Assembly (NCBI GenBank): GCA_038885615.1
Contig: JAVZZP010000001.1
Location: 119,191-183,190 of the forward strand
From: Candidatus Pacearchaeota archaeon
Lineage (GTDB): Archaea; Nanobdellota; Nanobdellia; Pacearchaeales; GW2011-AR1
Reading direction: 5' to 3'
Length of the DNA stretch: 64,000 bases
Program-made: the position numbers and the translations under genes
The notes under the pieces: generated by a model
Told to the model about the DNA's origin: nothing
Seen by the model: only the letters and a program-made list of their open reading frames with translations
Databases searched by the model: none
Shown here: positions 19,632-29,722 of the stretch, piece by piece
Layout of the letters: each line of letters starts with the position of its first letter
How positions within the stretch are numbered: position 1 is the first letter of the stretch

Positions 19632-20450
19632 TTATTTCTTTACAAAATTAAAAATTTCGCATGCCCGACAAATTTCCCCTCTGGACGGATCTCCACAAAT
19701 TTTACATTTTTGAAATTGGAATTCTTTTCTTTTTTTAATTTCTGGCAAAATTTTAAGCCAATTTTTAACAATTAATAGTTTTTCTTTATTGGATATATCA
19801 TTTAGCCAAGCTCTCGTCTCAACTCTATAAGTACCTATTGCACAAGGACATCGGTCATAAAGAATTTTAAATTTTTTCTGAATTGCATATTTTTTTATTT
19901 CACTTTCTGGAACAAAAAATAAGGGTTTTACCCTTTGAACAAATCCCTCAACTTTTCTTTCTCCTGTAACAGGAAAAGAATTTATTCCTAAAAAAATATT
20001 TCCCTTAAGAAAGTTCATTAGAATTGTTTGACATTCGTCGTCTAAGTTATGGCCAGTAACAAGAACATCTGCCTTTAGTTTTTTTGCCCATTTGTTTAAT
20101 ATCCATCTTTTCGTAATGCCGCAAACTGCACAACCAGTTAGATTCTTCTCTCTTTTAAGAACCTCTTTTATAAAACAAATACCTTGACCTATCTCTTTTT
20201 TTAAATCGACTAAGTGAAAAAGAATGTTGTTTTCCTTGCAAAATTCTTCCATATTTTTTCTATGAATCTTACTCCATTCTCCAAGATGCAGATCAATCAT
20301 TAAACCGCTAACATTGTAACCGAATTTTTTCAAAATAAAAAGTATGCTTGTAGAATCTTTGCCACCCGAGAGGGCAACTAAAATTTTGTCTTTCTTAGAA
20401 AACATTCTGTATTTTTTTATTGTTTCTTCAACCTTTTTTTCTATATCCAT
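19632..20450 (-). CDS. TtuA/Ncs6-like tRNA thiolation PP-loop ATPase
   Basis: SGGKDS PP-loop, CAVC, TGHNLDD, RCP, C-terminal CKIC...CRAC zinc finger. Confidence 0.85.
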   Translation of the reverse strand: MDIEKKVEETIKKYRMFSKKDKILVALSGGKDSTSILFILKKFGYNVSGLMIDLHLGEWSKIHRKNMEEFCKENNILFHLVDLKKEIGQGICFIKEVLKREKNLTGCAVCGITKRWILNKWAKKLKADVLVTGHNLDDECQTILMNFLKGNIFLGINSFPVTGERKVEGFVQRVKPLFFVPESEIKKYAIQKKFKILYDRCPCAIGTYRVETRAWLNDISNKEKLLIVKNWLKILPEIKKRKEFQFQKCKICGDPSRGEICRACEIFNFVKK

Positions 20451-20500
20451 AAAAAACACTCTTTCCAAAGATTTAAAAAGCCATCTTTTCTAAATTTTTT

Positions 20501-21469
20501 ATGGTCAAAAAGAAACCAAAAACAACAGATAACATAGAAGAAGCCCAATCCACGCAGTCTTCTTTTAATTGGAAAAAAATTAATCCTTGGATAGTTTCCA
20601 CAGTTGTTTTGGCTTTAGTTTTAGTTGTTGTGATTGGAATAAATTTAGGAAATAGAAGTATTTCAAAGCAAAAAGCAAGTGAAATTCTAGAAGAATTTGC
20701 TTCAATGCAAGGTGCTGATATAGAAGTTAAGGAAGTAAAAGATGTTGGCAATATTTATGAAGTGTCTTTTTCTTTCATGGGTCAAGAAGGAAAATATTAT
20801 GTTTCTAAAGACGGAAAATATGTCGGCCAGATGTTTGATTTTAGTGAAATAAAAAATACTCTGACAGGGGAAGTAGTAAAAGAAACCCCAAAAGAAGTCC
20901 CTAAGACAGATAAACCAAAATTAGAACTCTTTGTAATGACACACTGCCCTTATGGAACTCAGGCAGAAAAAGGATTTATTCCTTTTATGGAGGCAATTGG
21001 AAATAAAGTTGATACAAAAATAAGATTTGTTCATTACTTTATGCACGGACAAGTTGAAGAAGATGAAACTTATAGGCAAGTTTGCATAAGAGAAGAACAA
21101 GGCGATAAATATATTACATATCTTAGAGAATTCTTAAAAGAAGGAAATTCTGAAAATGCAGGAAAGGTAGCAAATATAGATGAGGCAAAAGTTAAGCAAT
21201 GTATTAGCAATGGAAATGCGAAGAAATATTATGAAGAAGATTCTAAACTAAGCAAACAATATGGGGTACAGGGAAGCCCAACTTTAATAGTTAATGGGGT
21301 TGAGGCGAGAAGCGGAAGAAGTCCTGCTGCTTATTTAGAAACAGCTTGTTCTGCCTTTAACACAGAACCTTCTGAATGTTCAACATTAAAACTATCCACG
21401 CAAACACCTACTCCTATGTGGGGGTGGGATGCTTCTAGCTCTTCTAATTCTGCTGCTCAATGTGGTTAA
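20501..21469 (+). CDS. Membrane-anchored thioredoxin-fold (DsbA-like) protein with CPYG motif
   Basis: TM helix, FVMTHCPYG, GVQGSPTL cis-Pro loop. Confidence 0.75.
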   Translation: MVKKKPKTTDNIEEAQSTQSSFNWKKINPWIVSTVVLALVLVVVIGINLGNRSISKQKASEILEEFASMQGADIEVKEVKDVGNIYEVSFSFMGQEGKYYVSKDGKYVGQMFDFSEIKNTLTGEVVKETPKEVPKTDKPKLELFVMTHCPYGTQAEKGFIPFMEAIGNKVDTKIRFVHYFMHGQVEEDETYRQVCIREEQGDKYITYLREFLKEGNSENAGKVANIDEAKVKQCISNGNAKKYYEEDSKLSKQYGVQGSPTLIVNGVEARSGRSPAAYLETACSAFNTEPSECSTLKLSTQTPTPMWGWDASSSSNSAAQCG

Positions 21470-21546
21470 AAACAAGAAAATATAAGGTCGTCTAAAATAA
21501 AAAGCGACTTTTAAGTATATTTAATTATTAAATTAAAAAAAATAAA

Positions 21547-22092
21547 ATGACACTATATTTTATTACGGGAAACGAGAAAAAATTTCAAGAAATAAAAGAA
21601 ATCATTCCACAAGTTGAGAAGATAAATTTTGATTTAAGAGAAATTCAAGAGATTGATTCTAAAAAAATAATCGAGGAAAAGTTAAAAAAAGCATTAAAAA
21701 TAAAAAGAACAGAATTTATTGTGGAGGATACTTCATTATATTTAGACTGCTTAAACGGCTTTCCAGGACCTTTAATAAAGTGGCTTCTTAAAACGATAGG
21801 AAATGAAGGAATTTTTAATTTAACGGAAAAACTAGGCAATAATAAGGCAGAAGCTAAAACAATTGTTGGTTACGCAAGAAATGAAAAAGAAATTTATCTT
21901 TTTGAAGGTTCTTTAAGAGGGAAAATAGTCTATTCAAGAGGAAAGGAGGGTTTTGGTTGGGACCGCATATTTCAACCAGAAAACTCAAATAAAACATTTG
22001 CTGAAATGACAATAGAAGAAAAAAATAAGTTTAGTATGAGAAGAATTGCAGCAGAAAAACTTAAAAATTTTTTAGAAACTAAAAAACTATAG
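21547..22092 (+). CDS. rdgB: Non-canonical purine NTP pyrophosphatase (HAM1/ITPase)
   Basis: TGNEKK, EDTSL, GFPGP, GFGWDRIF, KNKFSMR. Confidence 0.9.
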   Translation: MTLYFITGNEKKFQEIKEIIPQVEKINFDLREIQEIDSKKIIEEKLKKALKIKRTEFIVEDTSLYLDCLNGFPGPLIKWLLKTIGNEGIFNLTEKLGNNKAEAKTIVGYARNEKEIYLFEGSLRGKIVYSRGKEGFGWDRIFQPENSNKTFAEMTIEEKNKFSMRRIAAEKLKNFLETKKL

Positions 22093-23284
22093 GTTTGTCT
22101 AAATATTCTATTTCATCTTCTGTTAATTTAAGTTGCTTCTTTATATTGTCGTTTTTTAAAATTAGTCTTATTAAAAGAAAGTCTTTCATTGCTTGCTTTA
22201 TTGAGATGTGGCATGCTTTCGCATACTTTTCACAGATTGTTAGTTTCTTTTTATTTCTTTGATTTTGAAGCCAAATTTTTAATATTCTGGAAGGTTTTCT
22301 ATAGTTAGTCATACCTGGCCTATTATATTTTTTTGAGGCAGCTATAGCTGGTCCAATAAAAAAATTTTGGTAAACTAAGAATCTCCAATGTTGTTGTCTA
22401 TGAACTCTTCCTCTGAAAACGTCTGCTCTTGATAAGGCATCAAATGCTTTTGCTAATTCCTCTCCTTTGTATTCTACAGGTATGTTTTCCTCAATCCACA
22501 AAAATATTTCATCTGTTGTCATATTAACTTCGTCATAAACCTTTAAAATACGATCGTCTATTTTAGCAGATTTGAATATAAGGTGCATAGCATTAAATAT
22601 AGATTGTTCTTTGTTTCTTTCTTCAATCTCTTTTGCTAAAACACTTTCGTCCAGATTTGATAGTGATTGTAAATCATTTATAGCTGCTCTTGCATCACCT
22701 CTTGCTTTAATAGCTATTGACAGTAAAATATCTTTAGAAACAGCAATATTCTCTTTTTTACATATTTCTTCTAGGATGTTTAAGATTAGTTTATAATCTA
22801 AACTTCTTAGTTGGACTATTTCTGCTTTTTCTCTTAACAAAGAGAATTTTTTGTCCCATATATCGTTTGCAGTTATTATTATTGGAAAGGAAGTTCTTTC
22901 TATCAAAGCTAAAAGTTCTGGAAGGCCGCCTTTCTCAGAAGAGGAAATGCCCTCTATTTCATCTACGAGGATTATCTTGTACTTTCCAAAAAGAGATCCT
23001 TGCAAAGAGGCAGGGCCAATAATAGAGCTTATTTTTTGTTTGTCTCTAAAATCAGACGCATTTAATTCTAAAATCTCTGAGTCGGTTTCAGCCGCAACAA
23101 CATATGCCAGAGAGGTTTTTCCTACTCCTGCCGGTCCATAAAGGACAATAGCTCTTTTTTTAGGAAAATTTCGCAAAAAAGTTCTGACTCTTTCAATAGC
23201 TAATTCCTGGCCTCTAACGAAAGAATATGATGATGGGCGATATTTCTCACTCCACGGAATGTTTTTTTGATTTATCATCTTCAA
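22079..23284 (-). CDS. rfcL: Replication factor C large subunit
   Basis: WSEKYRP, GPAGVGKT, ELNASD, GDARAAINDLQ, WIEENIP. Confidence 0.93.
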   Translation of the reverse strand: MKMINQKNIPWSEKYRPSSYSFVRGQELAIERVRTFLRNFPKKRAIVLYGPAGVGKTSLAYVVAAETDSEILELNASDFRDKQKISSIIGPASLQGSLFGKYKIILVDEIEGISSSEKGGLPELLALIERTSFPIIITANDIWDKKFSLLREKAEIVQLRSLDYKLILNILEEICKKENIAVSKDILLSIAIKARGDARAAINDLQSLSNLDESVLAKEIEERNKEQSIFNAMHLIFKSAKIDDRILKVYDEVNMTTDEIFLWIEENIPVEYKGEELAKAFDALSRADVFRGRVHRQQHWRFLVYQNFFIGPAIAASKKYNRPGMTNYRKPSRILKIWLQNQRNKKKLTICEKYAKACHISIKQAMKDFLLIRLILKNDNIKKQLKLTEDEIEYLDKPIVF

Positions 23285-24246
23285 ACTTTAGTTCCTCTGC
23301 CCGCCAGCACAAAACTGGCAAGAAGAGCTTCCAATTGAATGAATTCATCGCTACCTTCTACAAGACGAAATTCTATTTCACCTGTCTTTTCAGTTAATCT
23401 TACTTTAAGTTCTTCGTCTATTTTTAGATTCCATATTTCTTTTTGTATTGCTTTAATAATGTCTGTTCCAGAAACAGAATCTTTAAGCATTATATCCAAA
23501 AGCTTTTTTCTTGCGTTTTCAAAATCTCCTGCCAGGCAATAATCCAAGACAATTCTAACATCGGAAGGTTTTGCTTGAGAAACAATTGTATTTATCAAGT
23601 CAGGAGTTATATTGGGGGAGATAGAAGCTGTTGCTTGCAATAAGTTTATTATTCTTCTACAATCTCCTTCAGAATATTCATAAAGAGAATCAAATGCTTC
23701 CGGAGTTATGGTTAGTCCTTCACTAGAACAAATCAAGTCAACTCTTTTTTTGATGTCCTTTTTTTCTAAGAGCTGAAATCTAAAAACAACACAACGGGAT
23801 TGTATTGGGTCAATAATCTTTGAAGAATAATTACAAGAAAGAATAAAACGACAGGTATTCGTAAAATTTTCCATAGTCCTCCTTAATGCCTGTTGAGCTT
23901 CTCTTGTCAAAGCGTCTGCTTCGTCCAAAAAAATTACCTTGAAAGGAACATTACCTAATGCCTTTGTTCTTGCGAAGTCCTTAACTTTTTGTCTTATAAC
24001 ATCTATTCCTCGTTCATCAGAAGCATTTAGCTCTAAATAATTTTCTCTCCAGCTTTCCTTAAAAAGCTCTTTAACAATAATTAATGCTACGGTTGATTTT
24101 CCTGTTCCAGCAGGACCTGCAAATAATAAATGTGGCAAATTCAAGGAATTAACAAGGGATTTAACTCTCTTTATTACCTCTTCTTGCCCAACAACTTCTT
24201 CGAATTTTTTTGGCCTGTATTTTTCTGTCCAAATTTCATTTGTCAT
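23281..24246 (-). CDS. rfcS: Replication factor C small subunit
   Basis: WTEKYRP, GPAGTGKS, ELNASDERG, DEAD, SRC. Confidence 0.96.
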   Translation of the reverse strand: MTNEIWTEKYRPKKFEEVVGQEEVIKRVKSLVNSLNLPHLLFAGPAGTGKSTVALIIVKELFKESWRENYLELNASDERGIDVIRQKVKDFARTKALGNVPFKVIFLDEADALTREAQQALRRTMENFTNTCRFILSCNYSSKIIDPIQSRCVVFRFQLLEKKDIKKRVDLICSSEGLTITPEAFDSLYEYSEGDCRRIINLLQATASISPNITPDLINTIVSQAKPSDVRIVLDYCLAGDFENARKKLLDIMLKDSVSGTDIIKAIQKEIWNLKIDEELKVRLTEKTGEIEFRLVEGSDEFIQLEALLASFVLAGRGTKV

Positions 24247-24291
24247 AAAATAAAATCAAAAAATAGATTTAAAAGGATTTGTGTAGTAAAA

Positions 24292-24933
24292 TTATAAAAG
24301 TAACACTTCTTCTAATTCGCCGACGCTTTTGACTGATTTAATATCTTGAGGAGGTAATTCCCATCCCAAACCTACCAAAATAAAATCAAATCCTGCCTCT
24401 TTTGCAGCTTTCATGTCTTTTCTAGTGTCACCTACATAAACAGGTTTTTTACTATTAAAGTGTTCTTGAAATAATTTCATAGCTTCTCTTTTACTTATTT
24501 TAAGTAAATCCATTTGTTCTTTGCTAAAAACTTTCTTAAAATAAAAAAAAGCATCTCCAAGATCTCTCTTGACATTTAGAAGAATATTAGAAGTTATTAA
24601 GCCAAGCACTATTTCTTGTCTGGACAATTTATTTAAAAGAGGGATTATCCCTTGAAATGGGCGAGAAGAATAAGAATCATTAGTGCCAAAAGATTTTTCA
24701 TAAAGATCAACTAATCTACCGACATCATCCTCGGGAAAACCATAATTCCTAAAAATTGTTGCTAAAGGCGTTCCAAGAATGCTTCTAACTCTCTCTAAAT
24801 TAGTTTGGTCTATCTCAGGAATGCCATATTTCCTCTGTCTGTTTATATCATTACACCATCGAATATGTGTAGCACCAGTGTCTGTAAGAGTTCCGTCACA
24901 GTCAAAACAAACAAGATCATATTTTTTGTCCAT
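24292..24933 (-). CDS. HAD-superfamily hydrolase (phosphoglycolate-phosphatase-like)
   Basis: FDCDGTL motif I, TSN, YVGDTRKD motif IV. Confidence 0.85.
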   Translation of the reverse strand: MDKKYDLVCFDCDGTLTDTGATHIRWCNDINRQRKYGIPEIDQTNLERVRSILGTPLATIFRNYGFPEDDVGRLVDLYEKSFGTNDSYSSRPFQGIIPLLNKLSRQEIVLGLITSNILLNVKRDLGDAFFYFKKVFSKEQMDLLKISKREAMKLFQEHFNSKKPVYVGDTRKDMKAAKEAGFDFILVGLGWELPPQDIKSVKSVGELEEVLLL

Positions 24934-25003
24934 TTTAACTAAATAAAGAAGGAGTATATAAATAAGACTCTTGCAGACTATATATTTTTAACTAGTTATA
25001 AAA

Positions 25004-25114
25004 TTATTTGCTTCTTCTTAAACGCCTTTTTCTCTTTTCTTCTTTAAGCTTTTTTCTTTGCCACTTCCATCTCATCTGATTTTTCTTTTTCCAACGACGA
25101 GAACTTCTTTTCAT
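25004..25114 (-). CDS. rpl41e: Ribosomal protein L41e (eL41/eS32), 36 aa, not in the ORF track
   Basis: MKRSSRRWKKKNQMRWKWQRKKLKEEKRKRRLRRSK*. Confidence 0.8.
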   Translation of the reverse strand: MKRSSRRWKKKNQMRWKWQRKKLKEEKRKRRLRRSK

Positions 25115-25475
25115 AATCTTATTTAAAAAAAGAGAGATATAAATATTATGAAATTCTTTTTTCAATTTTTTTATCTCTCTTATAATTTCAGAAAGATAAC
25201 GCCCATTTATAATTTTATATAAAGAAATTCCTCCTGATAGATGCGATCTCTTAGATAACTATTAAAAAGCTCCGCCCGATTCATCAAGAACCCCTTAGAA
25301 ATATAAATTCTTCCTCTTTCTATTCCCGAATTTAACAAATCTAAGAAGTTTATCTTCGCCCATTATTAATTTGTGTAGATAATTTCGCGCATCAAATATG
25401 CTGCTTAATAACTTTAATAAACCATTTTCTTCTTATAAAGAGCCCATATTAAAACAAAACAACTTTAAAATTTAA

Positions 25476-25548
25476 AGTCCAGTCGTCTAGCGGTCAAGGA
25501 TAGCGCGCTCTGGCCGCGCTGGCCCAGGTTCGAATCCTGGCGGGACTA
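25476..25548 (+). tRNA. tRNA-Gln(CTG)
   Basis: Acceptor AGTCCAG/CGGGACT (A1-U72 as in archaeal tRNA-Gln; A6.G67 mismatch), anticodon arm GCGCG-CT CTG GC-CGCGC, T-arm CCAGG-TTCGAAT-CCTGG. Confidence 0.93.
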
Positions 25549-25643
25549 TTTTTTCAAAGTATTTTTAATTTAAATAAATACAACCTAATAGTATCAATAA
25601 AAATATCAGATAAATTTCTTTCCTCTTAGCAGAAGTTAGACAC

Positions 25644-26102
25644 TTAACTTGTTAAGATCCTATCACACCTTTCACCATTAACAAAAGTTTCTTTTAAAGA
25701 TTTTTCCTGATTATAAGAAGTTGAATTTACCCTACTACAAACTCTTTTTTTGAAATCTGTTTCATCACCACAATCCTTAGCATTCTGGCTTATTTCCAGC
25801 CCTTCGCTGACAGCACCTTTTTTGATGAATTCATCAATATAATGACAACTTACAATCATCTCACCGCCTGCTTTCAAATTAACTTTTTTTTCAGAATTAC
25901 AATAAGAAGCTTGCTGCCTTTGAATTTCCAATCTACATGACTCAACAGCAACAGTTACAGTGGGGTCACTAGCATCAACTAGGTTTCCAGCAGTACTAAA
26001 AAATTTCCAAGAAAAGAAAACTACTGTACCAGCAACAACCAAAGCTAAAATTATAAAAATAATAACGTTACTTTCTTCGGCCCCTTTTTTGTTTTTTGAC
26101 AT
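25644..26102 (-). CDS. Pilin-like protein with class III signal peptide
   Basis: MSKNKKG|AEE followed by a hydrophobic helix; 6 Cys in the globular part. Confidence 0.65.
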   Translation of the reverse strand: MSKNKKGAEESNVIIFIILALVVAGTVVFFSWKFFSTAGNLVDASDPTVTVAVESCRLEIQRQQASYCNSEKKVNLKAGGEMIVSCHYIDEFIKKGAVSEGLEISQNAKDCGDETDFKKRVCSRVNSTSYNQEKSLKETFVNGERCDRILTS

Positions 26103-26138
26103 AAAAAATTAAGAAAAAGAGAATTTATAAATCTTTCT

Positions 26139-26690
26139 TTAATCCAAAAAAACAGCTACCGCGACCGTTGTCGTCCAAAGGCCGTCTTTATTCCCCTCGG
26201 CAGATTGAACAATATTTGTTGTCTTGAAAATTTGCCCACTTGCTTTGTAAACTTGTTCTCTTTCTTCCCATGCTCTCTCTGGATCAAATTCTATACCAAG
26301 AGTTGTTGCTAACATTGTTGCAGCTAAATCTTCTGCATATTCGCCGGCTTTTTTTGCTGTTTCCCCGAATGAATGATGCTCCGACAAATAACCGTATTGA
26401 TTTGAATCTTTTGGAATTGCTAAACCGATTGCAGAGGCAATTAACCTATTAGGTTCGTTTGTTTCGTTTCTTGCCATAACACAAAAAGTAATCTGTCCTT
26501 CTTTTAACATTTTTAATCCCTCTTCCTTTGGTATAATTTTGCAATTAGGTGGAAAAATAGAAGAAACATGTACTAGATTAAATCTCTCTATTCCAGCATC
26601 TCTCAAAGCTAACTCAAAACTTGCAAGTTTGTCTTTGTGGACACCTACACCTTTAGTAAAAAAAACTTTTTGAGGAACAAAATTATCCAT
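26139..26690 (-). CDS. pdaD: Pyruvoyl-dependent arginine decarboxylase
   Basis: [22 protein letters not shown] (Ser-Ser autocleavage site), GYLSEH. Confidence 0.9.
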   Translation of the reverse strand: MDNFVPQKVFFTKGVGVHKDKLASFELALRDAGIERFNLVHVSSIFPPNCKIIPKEEGLKMLKEGQITFCVMARNETNEPNRLIASAIGLAIPKDSNQYGYLSEHHSFGETAKKAGEYAEDLAATMLATTLGIEFDPERAWEEREQVYKASGQIFKTTNIVQSAEGNKDGLWTTTVAVAVFLD

Positions 26691-26724
26691 CTTATTTTTT
26701 GCATAAAAAAATATTTAAATTTTT

Positions 26725-27444
26725 CTATATTCTTTCCAAAATCCAGTCTGAAAGTTCAATTGTTCTTGCGTCGGCAATTTTTAGGTTTGAAGCACAAAGG
26801 CCGCAACAAGTTATTATTTTTTGAACTTCATTGGAAACTTCAGAAACTCTTTTTTTTGCTATTTCTTTTGCGGTTTCTGGAAAATTTGCTCTTAAACCTC
26901 CGCCGGCACCGCAACAAATTGCTTCATTTCTATTGTGCTTCATCTCTTTAATCTCACCTCCGAGAATTTTTATTATTTCTCTAGGTTCTTCGTAAATTCC
27001 GGCATATCTTCCCAAGTGACAAGGATCATGATAAGTTACAATTTCTTTCTTAGGGGAAAATTTTATTTTTCCACTTTTCAAAATTTTCAGAAAAGTTTGT
27101 GTAAAATGTTCGACTTCTATGTCCCATTTTGGAAAAATTTTTTTTGCTTCTGTTTTGAATGTTTTGTAACATCCAGGACAGGGAGTAACTATCAGTGAAA
27201 CATTTCTTTCTTTAAATAAATTGTAATTTTTCTCTATGAGCTTTCGAAAATCTTTTCTGTAACCAGCGTTTAAAATAGGGCTTCCGCAACAAACTTCATC
27301 TTTTATCATTATGAAGTCAATTCCGCTTTTGTTAAGAATTTTTTTATATGCTTCTAGTTCTTTTTCCATCGCAAATTTTAACATACATCCTGGATAGAAT
27401 AAATTGTTCTTTCCGAGGTTCTTAAAAAATGAGATTAAACCCAT
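26725..27444 (-). CDS. CCG-domain (Fe-S)-binding protein (GlpC/HdrB-like)
   Basis: YPGC, CCG, CPGC, YHDPCHLGR, CCGAGGG, CCGLC. Confidence 0.85.
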   Translation of the reverse strand: MGLISFFKNLGKNNLFYPGCMLKFAMEKELEAYKKILNKSGIDFIMIKDEVCCGSPILNAGYRKDFRKLIEKNYNLFKERNVSLIVTPCPGCYKTFKTEAKKIFPKWDIEVEHFTQTFLKILKSGKIKFSPKKEIVTYHDPCHLGRYAGIYEEPREIIKILGGEIKEMKHNRNEAICCGAGGGLRANFPETAKEIAKKRVSEVSNEVQKIITCCGLCASNLKIADARTIELSDWILERI

Positions 27445-27485
27445 AAAAAAGATTAATTTAAAGAGAATTTAAAGTTTTCTGAATT

Positions 27486-27856
27486 TTACCAGTCCCATAA
27501 AGAAAGATATTCTCTAATCAATAAAGCGTCTTTTTTATCCTTGGGTTTTTTGCTTTTTTCTTTCCATTGCAGTACATAAGGCAGTTTAACATACATAAAA
27601 TCGCCAATTGTTTCAGAGTTATCGAACAATACAGAAATATTAAAATACGGCGACCAGTCTTTACAAATTTCTATGTGACCCATTTTGATTTTTCTTAGAT
27701 TGTCAAGAACACCAAAACTTTTCCAAACTCTTTCAGAGACGACTAAATCAATATCTTTGTTTGGTCTTATGCCTCTTATAGCCATTGGCCCGCTTCCAAA
27801 TATAACATACTCCTCTTCTGGCAAACCAATTTCTCTTAATTCGTTAGATAATTCAT
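27486..27856 (-). pseudogene. Minimal nucleotidyltransferase-like gene, apparently frameshifted after codon 4 (may still be expressed from TTG 27824)
   Basis: IFGSG...DIDL Pol-beta-type motif. ATG AAT TAT CTA at 27856 is one base out of frame with ..NELREIGLPEEEY. Confidence 0.55.
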
Positions 27857-28063
27857 CCTGCTGAGTAAAATCTCTTCTAAGGCATTACGATGATAAAAAT
27901 TCGCACCTTCCTTGTCAAGCCTGTGATAGTATGTTACTAAACGAAGAAAATCGTCCCTTCCTTCTCCAAAGATCATTGTTTCTAACAGAAAATCAAGATT
28001 TCTTTCTATTTCTTTTTTATCAGAGCTTCCAGAAGAAATTATCAAATTTACACGAGCATGCAA
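27836..28063 (-). CDS. Hypothetical protein or gene fragment
   Basis: 75-aa ORF in a region showing decay. Confidence 0.35.
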   Translation of the reverse strand: MHARVNLIISSGSSDKKEIERNLDFLLETMIFGEGRDDFLRLVTYYHRLDKEGANFYHRNALEEILLSRMNYLTN

Positions 28064-28302
28064 AGAAGAAGCAAGATTTCTAGCATTTTTCTTGGATTCG
28101 GCAATTATATCAAAAATTTCATTTCCTGCTTTACCCCTGGTTTCGCCTCTGGCAAAATAGCATTAGCCATTGATTTTTGTGGGGTAAAACTATATTTTCC
28201 TTTTTTCATAAAGAGGTGTCAGTCTTTTCTCATTCTTTTTAAGATAGTTATCCTCTCGGTTTTTTGTTGATTGATAGCAGGGCACCATTTATTACCTTCA
28301 TC

Positions 28303-28584
28303 TTATTCAAAAACTCTTTTTTCGTAATCATATTTACAGCAAGCAGGAATTCTTGATTTAGGAAGTAATCTCAACCTAAATATTTTTCCATATTCCCAGT
28401 AAATTCTATCAGCTACTTCTAACAAAATTTCTAATTTTCTTGTCATTATTTGTTCTTTAGACATATTTGGAGAGTATACCTTCGTGTAATAATTTGCGTA
28501 TGTTTTTAACCAATCAATTAGCTTATCTCTATCAAATTCTATTTTTCTTGCCTGAATTTCTACTAATAATTTTTCAAGTTTCAT
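28303..28584 (-). CDS. Hypothetical protein, possibly truncated (frame continues past TAA as DEGNKWCPAINQQK)
   Basis: Overlaps the ATP-grasp stop codon; ACC...WCP Cys pattern spans the stop. Confidence 0.4.
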   Translation of the reverse strand: MKLEKLLVEIQARKIEFDRDKLIDWLKTYANYYTKVYSPNMSKEQIMTRKLEILLEVADRIYWEYGKIFRLRLLPKSRIPACCKYDYEKRVFE

Positions 28585-29722
28585 TTTTTTCTCCTGTTGT
28601 TTCAACAAGATATTTACAATATAATAGGGGATTTAATAAAAATCTTTCCAAATTCCTCCCCCATGTTTTTCTTATTTCATTATTGTACTCCAAAGGAATA
28701 ATTCCTTTATTATGATAATCTTCTTCAGTTGGTTTCCACTCTCTTAAAGTTCGAAGGCCAATACTTCCAGGTTTTGAGTTTAATTCCAATGTGTAAATAT
28801 CGCCTTTCTTATCAAAAACAAAATCAATTCCAACTTCGCCTACTACAAAAGATTTAGAAGTTGCCTCTATAATTTTATTTCCTTCTTTTTTTACAGCTCT
28901 TAAAACTTGCTCGTAATCTTCAAAAAAAACAAATGGGTCCTGCGGATGCCCGCCGTTACTTATATTTGCCTGTTGAGAATTTTTTGGACCAACTCTAACA
29001 TAAAAACAAGTCATACCAATTTTTCCTTGACTGCCCCTCTGAAAAATAGCTCTTATGTCATAAACTCTTCCGTCTATTGTATCAACATCAATTCCCTGTT
29101 GAACAATAAAATCCTTCCCAATTTTTCTTTCTCTTAATTTTTGTATAAGAAAATCAAAATTCGCTTTTTCTAATAGGTTTGTTTCTTCATCACTAGAAAA
29201 CAAGGAATAGCTTGAGGCCGATTTTTTTATTACAAGCTGATTTTTGCCCTGTGAAGAATTTCTTTTCTTAATAAAAACAAATTCAAATTTTCTAAGAAAG
29301 TCTTCTATAGCTTCTTCGCTATAAATCGAAGTTTTTGGCTGAGGTATTTTATTTTTTTCCAGCAACCGATAGGTTTTCCACTTGTCTATACATAGTTCTC
29401 TAAATCTAGGAGAATTCACAAAAAGACAACTATTATCCTCTAATAATCTCAATAAATTTTCTATACTATTTGGTCTGCTAACCACATCTGTTCTATCATA
29501 AAAGGAAGAGGGACATGGAATTTCTTTTTCTTCCATGCTCTTGCCATTCCAATACCTAACAAAAACATTGTCTCCGGAAGATATTCTCTGAATATTTTCT
29601 TCGTCTATTAACAAATTAACTAAAGAAATTCCCCTTCTTCTTGCCAATTCTGCTCTCTCCTTATATGCTCTCCATGCACCGATATTTTTATTTGATAGGT
29701 AACCTACTAAAATTCCCTTCAT
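28574..29722 (-). CDS. ATP-grasp ligase, YheC/YheD-like (RimK-related)
   Basis: DKWKTY, FIKKRNSSQG, IVQQGI, YDIRAIFQR, ANISNGG, GEVGIDFVFD...LELNSKPG; ATGA overlap with the upstream gene. Confidence 0.8.
   Translation of the reverse strand: MKGILVGYLSNKNIGAWRAYKERAELARRRGISLVNLLIDEENIQRISSGDNVFVRYWNGKSMEEKEIPCPSSFYDRTDVVSRPNSIENLLRLLEDNSCLFVNSPRFRELCIDKWKTYRLLEKNKIPQPKTSIYSEEAIEDFLRKFEFVFIKKRNSSQGKNQLVIKKSASSYSLFSSDEETNLLEKANFDFLIQKLRERKIGKDFIVQQGIDVDTIDGRVYDIRAIFQRGSQGKIGMTCFYVRVGPKNSQQANISNGGHPQDPFVFFEDYEQVLRAVKKEGNKIIEATSKSFVVGEVGIDFVFDKKGDIYTLELNSKPGSIGLRTLREWKPTEEDYHNKGIIPLEYNNEIRKTWGRNLERFLLNPLLYCKYLVETTGEKNET

Noticed and set aside
25140..25447. Possible gene remnant between eL41 and tRNA-Gln
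   Set aside because: Only short interrupted frames (MGSL*EENG...) with no recognisable motif.
25476..25548. A6.G67 mismatch suggesting a tRNA-Gln pseudogene
   Set aside because: All other elements, including A1-U72, are intact; single acceptor-stem mismatches are tolerated.
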